38,205 nt of DNA from Clostridia bacterium (GTDB lineage: Bacteria > Bacillota > Clostridia > UBA1381 > UMGS1253), in contig JAZSGM010000180.1 of assembly GCA_045532715.1 (NCBI GenBank), positions 1-38,205 of the forward strand, given 5' to 3'. Made by a program: the position numbers and the translations under genes. The notes under the pieces were generated by a model. That model was not told the origin of the DNA, did no database searches, and saw only the letters and a list, made by a program, of their open reading frames with translations. Positions within the stretch are counted from its first letter, which is position 1. Each line of letters begins with the position of its first letter. Below, piece after piece: positions 25,520 to 33,254 of this stretch.

Positions 25520-26401
25520 TCATTTATACAGAATGTCCAGATTGCGCTTCAGTGTTGCATAGCCGCGCCAATAAAAGGCACGGTTTTTATAGTTTTCCCG
25601 GAAATCTGCCTCGCTTAAATCCGGCGGCAGCATACTGCAGGCTGCGGCAAATTCCGGAATGGTGGTTTGCACTGCTGTCCGGTTTTTGGGGCAGGCATTT
25701 ATGCACAGATCGCAGCCCCATGCGGAGCCGGATTTTCGGATGAGCGCGGCCTCCTGTGCGGTCAGGGTACCTTTTTTTTGCTGCAGGTATGAAATGCATT
25801 TGTAGCCGTCGAGCTGCCCTTTGCCACAAAGACCTGCCGGGCAGGCGTCTGTGCAGGCGGTGCAATCACCGCAGCTGCCGGACTTTGGCGCGTCGGCGGT
25901 TAAGGCAAGGTTGGTTACGATGCCGCCGATGAAGAACAGGCTGCCGAAATCCGGGTGCAGCAGCAGGCTGTTTTTGCCGAAATAGCCAAGACCGGCACGG
26001 TAGGCAAGTGCCTTATCGCACAGCGGTGCGCTGTCGGTAAAAATATAGCCCTGCATATTCGCATCGATTGCTTTTAATGCATCTAAAAGTCGGGTAAGAT
26101 AGTTTTTGACTACGATGTGATAATCCATACCCCATGCGTAGCGCGAAATATTTGCGTTTGCCTGCGGCGGGTTTGCATAGCAAAAGGCGCAGACAATGAC
26201 GCTTTGTGCATCCGGCAATACATTGCGCGGTGCAATGCGCGCTTCCGCCTTGCCGACGAACGGTGTGCAGCCGTCCGTCAGACGTGATAAAAGTGCGGTG
26301 TCCGCTTCGGCGCTGCAAATGCCGGTATCGCTGATGCCTAAGTCCTGCGCAAGTGCCTTGACCTGTGCGGCGGTTATGTTGTTTTTTGTGTGCTCTGCCA
26401 T
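25520..26401 (-). CDS. queG: Epoxyqueuosine reductase
   Basis: 293 aa with RYAWGMDYH, GLGYFGKNSLLL, CGDCTACTDACP, CISYL and WGCDLCINACP. Confidence 0.9.
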   Translation of the reverse strand: MAEHTKNNITAAQVKALAQDLGISDTGICSAEADTALLSRLTDGCTPFVGKAEARIAPRNVLPDAQSVIVCAFCYANPPQANANISRYAWGMDYHIVVKNYLTRLLDALKAIDANMQGYIFTDSAPLCDKALAYRAGLGYFGKNSLLLHPDFGSLFFIGGIVTNLALTADAPKSGSCGDCTACTDACPAGLCGKGQLDGYKCISYLQQKKGTLTAQEAALIRKSGSAWGCDLCINACPKNRTAVQTTIPEFAAACSMLPPDLSEADFRENYKNRAFYWRGYATLKRNLDILYK

Positions 26402-26414
26402 AGTGCGCTCCTTT

Positions 26415-27308
26415 TTATTGCTTACTTTCCAGGATTGCCTTTACGGAATGTGCATATTCCAGCGGCGACATACTTGTTTGCTTTTTGAACCAGCGTGAAA
26501 AATAATGAATGCTCTCGAAGCCGAGCATGGCGGCGATTTGCGTAATGTTATAATAGTTTTCGCGGATGAGCAGCTTGGCGCGCTCTGTTTTCAGCTGCGA
26601 AAAATACTGCATCACGCTCATACCCGTTGCACGGCGAAACATTTCCTTCAGCGCAGTTTTGCTCATCGAAACGTGTGTCATGACTTCATCAAAGTTTATT
26701 TTTTTATGGACGTTTTCTTCCATATACGCAATGACATCCAGCACGGCCTTCGGCTGTCGCTTCAGGTTCAGGGAAGAGATGCTCGCCGGTGCGTTTGTGC
26801 TCAAAGTGCCGCGCATCAGATAAATCAGAATTTCAGTCAGGTTGATTTTGATGAGCTGCTCTGCCCCGAACAGCGGCTCACTCTTGCGCACCAGCTTTTT
26901 AAGGTACGGATCGCCGAGCGGGGAGTCATAGACATTCTTTGCCTCATCAATAATTTTTGACAGCAGCAGGCGCACGTGGTTTGAGGTATCGAGTGTGCGG
27001 TTCTGGAAAAAGCGCATTTCTCTGGAACGGCAGTCAAAGGAAAGAATAATGACATTTGTTGTTGCGTTGTCCGCCGTACGAATGGAATGCCACTGGTTCG
27101 GGTGGTGAAAGGTCATCTGCCCCTGGTAGAGCGGAAAATTTCCTTTGTGTGTCATAATTTCCACGCTGCCCTTGTCCACATAGACCATTTCCCAGAAATC
27201 GTGGCTTTCGCCTTCAAATTCAAAGTAGCGCGTATATTCAAAATAATGCACCGTAATCAGTGAGTCAATCTTAAAATCTTCTTTGATTTTTGTTCTCTGA
27301 TAGTTCAT
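26415..27308 (-). CDS. AraC-family transcriptional regulator (cupin + HTH)
   Basis: 297 aa. C-terminal HTH (ITQIAAMLGFESIHYFSRWFKKQTSMSPLEY). Only 13 nt upstream of queG on the same strand. Confidence 0.9.
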   Translation of the reverse strand: MNYQRTKIKEDFKIDSLITVHYFEYTRYFEFEGESHDFWEMVYVDKGSVEIMTHKGNFPLYQGQMTFHHPNQWHSIRTADNATTNVIILSFDCRSREMRFFQNRTLDTSNHVRLLLSKIIDEAKNVYDSPLGDPYLKKLVRKSEPLFGAEQLIKINLTEILIYLMRGTLSTNAPASISSLNLKRQPKAVLDVIAYMEENVHKKINFDEVMTHVSMSKTALKEMFRRATGMSVMQYFSQLKTERAKLLIRENYYNITQIAAMLGFESIHYFSRWFKKQTSMSPLEYAHSVKAILESKQ

Positions 27309-27357
27309 TTTTCCGTGCCTGCCTTTCTCCTGTATTCTATTTTAGCATGCATTGACC

Positions 27358-27464
27358 GAAAATGCAAATTATTCGATAAAAAGTGCAATAAAAATGTCTT
27401 AAAGTGCAAATAGCTCGACCTAAAATGCAAATACAAAATTTTGAAATCCGACTATAATTATAAT
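27358..27464 (+). promoter_or_regulatory. Four 21-bp-phased direct repeats plus -10 elements (candidate AraC operator/promoter of nahK)
   Basis: AAA(A/G)TGCAA(A)T boxes with TGCAA at 27363, 27384, 27405 and 27426. TATAAT at 27453-27458 and 27459-27464. The proximal box overlaps the -35 position. Confidence 0.6.
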
Positions 27465-27495
27465 TGTCGCAGACGAAGGGAAGCGGCTGCGGAAA

Positions 27496-28605
27496 ATGTT
27501 TGAAAGAAGGATGAAGATGAGCGTATTATCCGAAAAAGAATTTCGGGCGGTTCTGGATGCCTTTGGGTTTAAAACCGGCAGCAGACCGTTCGGTAACGGA
27601 CATATTAATGATACATATCTGATTGAAGGCACACCGAAATACGTGCTGCAGAGAATTAACAAGGACGTGTTTAAAAACCCGGTTGCCCTGATGGACAACG
27701 TAGCTGCTGTAACAGAATACATTACAGCGCGCACCGCACAAATGGGGAAGGACACGACGCGCTGCACACTGCATATGTGCAAGACAACGGACGGTGCGAA
27801 TGTGTTTTGTGCCGCCAACGGTGAATATTACAGAGCCTATCAGTTTGTGGATGATTGCGACAGTGTTGAAAAGTCTGACGATTTGAATTATTACTACAAT
27901 TCGGCAATTGCCATCGGTAATTTTTACAGTATTTTAGACGGCTTTGATGCCTCGACACTGACGGAAACTATCCCAAATTTTCACCATACAAAACAGCGTT
28001 TTGAAAATTTAAAGGCTGCCATTGCGGCGGACAAGGCCGGCAGAGCAGCATCCGTGCAGGCGGAAATTGATTTTGCGCTTGCGCATGAAAACATCACAGG
28101 CATCATTTTGGATGCCATGCAGGCGGGTAGTGTTCCCGTTCGTGTAACGCATAACGACACGAAGATGAACAATATCCTCTTTGATTCGACAACCAAAGAG
28201 CCGGTTTGCTTAATCGACTTAGATACCGTTATGCCGGGCTCTTTCTTATATGATTACGGTGATTTTCTGCGTTTTGCAGCCAACACCGGTTCAGAAGATG
28301 ACATCGATCTTTCTCTGGTCAACTTCGACCTGGAGATTTTTGAAATCTTCACCAAGGGTTGCCTGGATTCCATGGGCAGCACTCTGACAGAAACAGAGCT
28401 TCGCTTAATGCCAATTTCCGCGGCCATTATGACCTATGAATGCGGCATCCGTTTCCTGGAGGATCACCTCAACGGCGATACCTATTTTAAAGTGCACCGC
28501 GAAAATCACAACCTTGACCGCGCACGCACTCAGTTCAAGCTCGTTTCCGACATCGAACAAAATCTTGAAACGATGCACAGCTTTATCAAAAGCTACCATA
28601 ACTGA
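27496..28605 (+). CDS. nahK: N-acetylhexosamine 1-kinase
   Basis: Co-linear similarity, from memory, to Bifidobacterium longum NahK (GNGHINDTY, DASTLTETIPNFHHTKQRFENLKAAIAADKAGRAA, RVTHNDTKMNNILFD, IDLDTVMPGS). The start may be the ATG at 27517. Confidence 0.85.
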   Translation: MFERRMKMSVLSEKEFRAVLDAFGFKTGSRPFGNGHINDTYLIEGTPKYVLQRINKDVFKNPVALMDNVAAVTEYITARTAQMGKDTTRCTLHMCKTTDGANVFCAANGEYYRAYQFVDDCDSVEKSDDLNYYYNSAIAIGNFYSILDGFDASTLTETIPNFHHTKQRFENLKAAIAADKAGRAASVQAEIDFALAHENITGIILDAMQAGSVPVRVTHNDTKMNNILFDSTTKEPVCLIDLDTVMPGSFLYDYGDFLRFAANTGSEDDIDLSLVNFDLEIFEIFTKGCLDSMGSTLTETELRLMPISAAIMTYECGIRFLEDHLNGDTYFKVHRENHNLDRARTQFKLVSDIEQNLETMHSFIKSYHN

Positions 28606-28690
28606 CCTAAGCTACAACGGGCATTGCCCGTAGCATATAAGTCCCTGTCGTCTTCCCTACAATTGACAGGGCAAACACGCTCATACAAGA

Positions 28691-28723
28691 GGAGTCTGTA
28701 GAGATACAGGCTCCTTTTGTTTT
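28691..28723 (+). terminator. Intrinsic terminator after nahK
   Basis: GGAGTCTGTA gaga TACAGGCTCC followed by TTTTGTTTT. Confidence 0.7.
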
Positions 28724-28869
28724 GAAGCGGACAACACCGGAAATGCCGGTGGCTTGATGCATTGTAATTACATACAAACATTTTTTATATCTACGAAAGA
28801 AAACAAGCAAAAAATACTATCGCCAAAGGCGATGCCGTTTTTTGGTTAAACCATTTTAAAGGTGGTTTC

Positions 28870-29718
28870 GTGCTGTTTTTATTTTACGAGAATTGTAATT
28901 TCTGCTGTTTTCGGAAGTGCGAGTATGCGCGCGAGCACGGTGGCAAGGATGTGCGCACACGCTCCTGCTTTCGCATAGACGATCAGGTTTTCATCGACGC
29001 AGGTGCCGATTTTGCGGCACAGTCGATGCACTATCGCGAAGACATTTTTGATTTGGAGCATATTTTATTTACGCATACGCACCACGACCACTGCGACGAT
29101 TATCTGTACTGGTACCGTATGGTGGTCAAGGGCGAGGATAAGCCGACGCACAAGCTGCACATGTATTTTGCACCGGGCGGTAAGGCAAAAATGGAAAAGG
29201 GGCTTGCGCGCTTTGCAAACGACCCGCGCTGCAACCCGGATGTTGTAGAGCTGCACGAGTTAGAGTTTTATAAGACAGTGCAGGTCGGACCGTATAAGGT
29301 AACGCCGCTTAAGGGCCATCATACGACGAATTATGAAGCGCATTCGGCGAACTACTTAATCGAATTTCCGAGCGGCAAAAAGATGTATTATGCGGTGGAT
29401 TCCGGCATCTATGTCGAGGAAACCTTCGAATACCTTAAAAATGTAAAGCTCGATTTGCTTATCGGCGAATGTACATTTATGACGGAAACGGAATACCCGG
29501 GCGGTCATATGAATTTGCATATGGAACAGCTGACGCTGGATCGACTTTGGGAGCAGGGTACAATTGATAAAGACTCCCTTATTTACATAACGCACATTTG
29601 CGGCGTATATAAAACGCACGCGGAGCTTGAGCAGTACTGGCAGGCGCTCGATGTGCCGTACGATGTAAAGGTCGCTTACGATGGCTTATCAATTGCAGAA
29701 GAAGCGAAAGTATTTTAA
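28870..29718 (+). CDS. MBL-fold metallo-hydrolase (PhnP-like) with a chimeric 5' end
   Basis: THTHHDHCDD (HxHxDH) and CEYAREHGGKDVRTRS motifs. GTG start with an AGGTGG SD. Codons 3-16 are the reverse complement of the 3' end of the lyase gene (the 42-bp repeat). Confidence 0.75.
   Translation: MLFLFYENCNFCCFRKCEYAREHGGKDVRTRSCFRIDDQVFIDAGADFAAQSMHYREDIFDLEHILFTHTHHDHCDDYLYWYRMVVKGEDKPTHKLHMYFAPGGKAKMEKGLARFANDPRCNPDVVELHELEFYKTVQVGPYKVTPLKGHHTTNYEAHSANYLIEFPSGKKMYYAVDSGIYVEETFEYLKNVKLDLLIGECTFMTETEYPGGHMNLHMEQLTLDRLWEQGTIDKDSLIYITHICGVYKTHAELEQYWQALDVPYDVKVAYDGLSIAEEAKVF
28876..28917. repeat. 42-bp perfect direct repeat, left copy
   Basis: TTTTTATTTTACGAGAATTGTAATTTCTGCTGTTTTCGGAAG is identical to 35352-35393. 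Confidence 0.95.
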
Positions 29719-29727
29719 AGCAAACTG

Positions 29728-29766
29728 AAAAAGGAGGTGTGGAAATTTTCCACACCGCTATTTTTG
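29728..29766. terminator. Bidirectional terminator hairpin, copy A of a repeated element
   Basis: AAAAAGGAGGTGTGGAAATTTTCCACACCGCTATTTTT. About 35/39 identical to 35318-35356. Confidence 0.8.
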
Positions 29767-31422
29767 AATTGTGACAGTGTTTTTGTTATAATCTACGGTT
29801 ATAACGGTTGCGTCGCTGTAGGTTACCGCAAATACATCTTTACGGATTTCCTTGTGTGCTTGGATGAATTCTGTTTGCAGGTGCACCAGGGTTTTGTATT
29901 CTTCATAGGCTTCCTTGATTTTAGATGCGCTGTATGCAAGCTGCTCGTCTGTGTCAATCATCAAATCCTCTTTGCCGAGCCAATCGTCCTGATGACTGCC
30001 CTCTAAGAATTTAGAATAGATATAAAACGCCGGTCTTGCGCCGTCTTCTATTACCGTAAGACGGTTTTTCGGATGCTTAATCGGATAATTTACGGTGTCT
30101 GTTGTGGAGTTGTAGAGCATAATGCCGTGGTACACAATCTGCCAGAGCGGCACGGTTTTGTCGCAAAGCGCATCCTCTGTTGCCGGCCAGGACACATAAA
30201 GACCGTAATCTAACAGACCGGCTGCAAAGTCAAAGCACCCTTCGGATGCAAAGCCGCCGAACAAATCCCGGCTGAGTTGCATGATTTCATTATAAATCTC
30301 AACCGTTTGCTTAGAATTGACCGGGTGATTTTTATCGTAGCACCACGCCGGCGGCACAACGGTCATTACATCTATGTAATGCAGTCCGGCAAAGCCTAAG
30401 TCCTTTACTTTCGGCAGTTCGGCCTTTGCAAGCTCCAATGCTTTTGCAGGGCAAAGTTTATGCGTTCTGCCGCCGCTCCAGTTTATGGTGTCCATCACCG
30501 GTGTGCCGTCCTTGCGCTTAGCAACGATATCTTCCGAGAAGGTGTCGGCAATGCTGTAGCCGTCGGTGCTGTTGGTGTGGCACACAATCTGATAGCCGTT
30601 GTTTTGCGCGTAGGCAATTAAGTGGCGCAGCCTTTCTTCACCACCGAGTTTTTCTTCGACGGGAAAGATTTGCGGCCATCTGCCGTCGTGTCCGCTTTTG
30701 TTCCAGCCGACCAGGCAAAGCTGTGCCTTGTCAACGCCTTGCGCTTTTAAAGCATCGATCAAAACGCACACGCGGTCAAAGGTGCAGGCAACGTGCATCT
30801 CGGGTTCGTTTTCGTTCGTTTGCTCAAGCACGGTTGCAGGTGCGGGTTTCCAGCCCATTCGGATGCGGATTTCCGGCGCCTTTGCTGCATAGGCCAAAGC
30901 CTCGCGTTCTTTCATTTTTTCTAAAAGCGGTTTTATGTGACCGTTATTTAGCTGATAATTTCTGTACGCAACTGCCATATCGCTGTAGGTCGCCACAGCA
31001 TCGAGTTTTAAAACGCGAATGCGGATATCCTCGTACGGACGGTCGCCGTTTAAGTAAAATCTCGGATAAATATAATATTTTTCGTCCTTTACACCGAAAA
31101 CAAGGTGAAATTCGTGTTTGAAGCCTTCTGCAATCAAAAGAAGACACAGATTTTGTTTTTTTACGCCGAAAATCGGCATTAAATCCTGCTTATACACGCG
31201 CTCTCCGTCAGGTTTTTTATTAAACAAACAAAGGCGACTGCCCTTTTTATTTGCGTCAGCAATCACATAATAGCCGTCTTCGCCTGCGGTGGCTGTAAAG
31301 CTTTCTGCAACAAAGTCAACATACGCCGCGCCGGGAGAAACCTTTTCTTTTTCCAGCGTATAGGTATTATCGCTTTTTTGAGCAGAATAAGTATTGCCGA
31401 GATTATCTGAAATCTTCCACAT
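29758..31422 (-). CDS. Glycoside-hydrolase-like TIM-barrel protein (DUF5696-like)
   Basis: 554 aa, no signal peptide. LVGWNKSGHDGRWPQIFP and GLHYIDVMT resemble GH-like barrels. Its start overlaps the upstream Fe-S gene by 20 nt. Confidence 0.5.
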   Translation of the reverse strand: MWKISDNLGNTYSAQKSDNTYTLEKEKVSPGAAYVDFVAESFTATAGEDGYYVIADANKKGSRLCLFNKKPDGERVYKQDLMPIFGVKKQNLCLLLIAEGFKHEFHLVFGVKDEKYYIYPRFYLNGDRPYEDIRIRVLKLDAVATYSDMAVAYRNYQLNNGHIKPLLEKMKEREALAYAAKAPEIRIRMGWKPAPATVLEQTNENEPEMHVACTFDRVCVLIDALKAQGVDKAQLCLVGWNKSGHDGRWPQIFPVEEKLGGEERLRHLIAYAQNNGYQIVCHTNSTDGYSIADTFSEDIVAKRKDGTPVMDTINWSGGRTHKLCPAKALELAKAELPKVKDLGFAGLHYIDVMTVVPPAWCYDKNHPVNSKQTVEIYNEIMQLSRDLFGGFASEGCFDFAAGLLDYGLYVSWPATEDALCDKTVPLWQIVYHGIMLYNSTTDTVNYPIKHPKNRLTVIEDGARPAFYIYSKFLEGSHQDDWLGKEDLMIDTDEQLAYSASKIKEAYEEYKTLVHLQTEFIQAHKEIRKDVFAVTYSDATVITVDYNKNTVTIQK

Positions 31423-32338
31423 TAAACTTCCACGCCTTTCTTTTTCGGAACGGTGTTTTAAACTGTTTTGTTAAAACGCCCTTTTCCTCTAAATGTATGT
31501 AGCATGCCATATCGCAGGCACGACCGCAAATCGAGCACTGATATGCGTGCTGTGCCGGTGGATAAAAATAGATTTTATCCAAAATGGCTCTTGCCGTTTC
31601 GGGGGTAACCTTTGCTTCGCCGGCAATGATTTCAAGGCGGTTTTCAAACTCTGCAAAGGCATCAGGCGGCATAAACGGATTCTTTGTGCCGTTTGCGCCG
31701 TTGTAGTATACTGCGCACTGCCAGGCATCAATCTTGCCGACATCATCAATGGCGCCACCCGGGCAGGCAGCTTTGCATTTGCCGCATTTGTCGCACAGAT
31801 GCGGCGTTATGATTTCGGATTCTTCAAGTTCTGCATCCGTCAGGATAAAGCAGTAGCGCACCATCGGACCGAAGGCATCGGTCAAAAGCGCACCGTGAAA
31901 GCCTTTTTCGCCGAGACCGCATTGGATTGCCGTGTCGAGAAAGTCAATCTGCAGCTCCTGCGTCTTACCGCGGAAGATGGAATCGTATGCCACTTCGGGG
32001 TTAGTGCTGTTTTTTTCTGCCATAATCTGCTGATGGCGGCGTTGGGGGAGGGCGATGTAGCCCATCTCCTCAAGCTGCATTGCCACCTTTAGCTGTGCCA
32101 TCGGCATCACGGTTTCTTCCATATTTTCCACGGCCATGGTGGTGTACTGATAATAGGTGCTGCCCTCTTCGATGCCGCGATACATTCCGCGAAGCAGGCG
32201 AAACGCAAGTCCGATGACCGTTTTCGTTTTGGGCAGAATCTGAAAAATCGGGTTGTTTTTTTCAAAACGGCTTGCCGGTGCGAAACCGACGATGTCTGCG
32301 CCGTTTTTCATTGCAAGTGCGGTAATTGTCTCTCTCAT
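31403..32338 (-). CDS. QueG/reductive-dehalogenase-like di-[4Fe-4S] protein, paralogue 1
   Basis: 311 aa. GLGEKGFHGALLTDAFGPMVRYCFILTD, CDKCGKCKAACP, WQCAVYY, CSICGRACDMAC. ATGA overlap with paralogue 2. Confidence 0.7.
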   Translation of the reverse strand: MRETITALAMKNGADIVGFAPASRFEKNNPIFQILPKTKTVIGLAFRLLRGMYRGIEEGSTYYQYTTMAVENMEETVMPMAQLKVAMQLEEMGYIALPQRRHQQIMAEKNSTNPEVAYDSIFRGKTQELQIDFLDTAIQCGLGEKGFHGALLTDAFGPMVRYCFILTDAELEESEIITPHLCDKCGKCKAACPGGAIDDVGKIDAWQCAVYYNGANGTKNPFMPPDAFAEFENRLEIIAGEAKVTPETARAILDKIYFYPPAQHAYQCSICGRACDMACYIHLEEKGVLTKQFKTPFRKRKAWKFNVEDFR

Positions 32339-33231
32339 AATTCTTCTGCCCCCTTCAGATGCTTATAGCAGGCAATGTCGCACGCTCTTGCGCATAGGCA
32401 CGGCGCATAGCCCCACTGGGTATTCGGCAAGAAATGCAATTCCTTATATATTTCGCGTGCCGATTGCGCATCGAAGCGCTTTTCACCGTTTAAAATTGCA
32501 TCGCGCTCGGGGTGCCCTTTTAAAAAGTCGTCCGTGATAAAGGGGTTGGATTTGTGCGCGCCCTTGTAATACACACTGCATTGCCAGGTATCCAAACCGT
32601 CTGTGCTGATTGCGTTACCGGGGCACGCCTTGATGCACGCGCCACACTTGTCGCAGACAGCTTCGGTCAGTGGCTCGTCCGGCTCGAGAGGCATATCGGT
32701 GATGATAAAACAGTAGCGCATAAACGGACCGTATTGCTTGTTGATGATTTTGCCGTTTAAGCCCGTTTCGCCGAGACCGCAAGCCTTTGCTGCTTTGCCG
32801 AAATCGATAATTACGTCCGGTGCGGGCTTACCTTCCTCTACCGCTTCCGCATAAATGAGCTCGTAAGTATCTGCCACTTCGGGGTTGGTTGTTTTATCGC
32901 CCTTGATGCGCAGGTTGGGGACCGCCTTTTGCAGGCAAGCATCGTAGCCGGCGTCTTCAATCATGCCGCCGATTTTTAAAAGGAAAATCTCTGCCATTTC
33001 CTCGTCAAAGTATTTTACGCCCATGGTGGTGTAGGTATAATATTGCTTGCCGCGGTGCATTGCAAGATACAGCCCCTTCGGCACAGCAAAGCCGAAGCCG
33101 ATGATAGCTTTTGCATTCGGCAGAATGCTTTTTGGGTCTCTTTGCGGATTTTCTTCGTCATATACGCGCCCAATGCCACATATGGTCGCGCCGAGCGCCT
33201 TGGCTTTCTCTTTTATATATGCAGATGTCAT
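32335..33231 (-). CDS. QueG/reductive-dehalogenase-like di-[4Fe-4S] protein, paralogue 2
   Basis: 298 aa. GLGETGLNGKIINKQYGPFMRYCFIITD, CDKCGACIKACP, WQCSVYY, CLCARACDIAC. Confidence 0.7.
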   Translation of the reverse strand: MTSAYIKEKAKALGATICGIGRVYDEENPQRDPKSILPNAKAIIGFGFAVPKGLYLAMHRGKQYYTYTTMGVKYFDEEMAEIFLLKIGGMIEDAGYDACLQKAVPNLRIKGDKTTNPEVADTYELIYAEAVEEGKPAPDVIIDFGKAAKACGLGETGLNGKIINKQYGPFMRYCFIITDMPLEPDEPLTEAVCDKCGACIKACPGNAISTDGLDTWQCSVYYKGAHKSNPFITDDFLKGHPERDAILNGEKRFDAQSAREIYKELHFLPNTQWGYAPCLCARACDIACYKHLKGAEEL

Positions 33232-33254
33232 TTTTTACACCTTCTTTATAGGAT

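Noticed and set aside
28879-29061. 60-aa minus-strand ORF ending in ALPKTAEITILVK
   Set aside because: Its C-terminus is simply the left copy of the 42-bp repeat. The rest is antisense to the MBL gene, so it is a by-product of the duplication rather than a lyase paralogue remnant of meaningful length.
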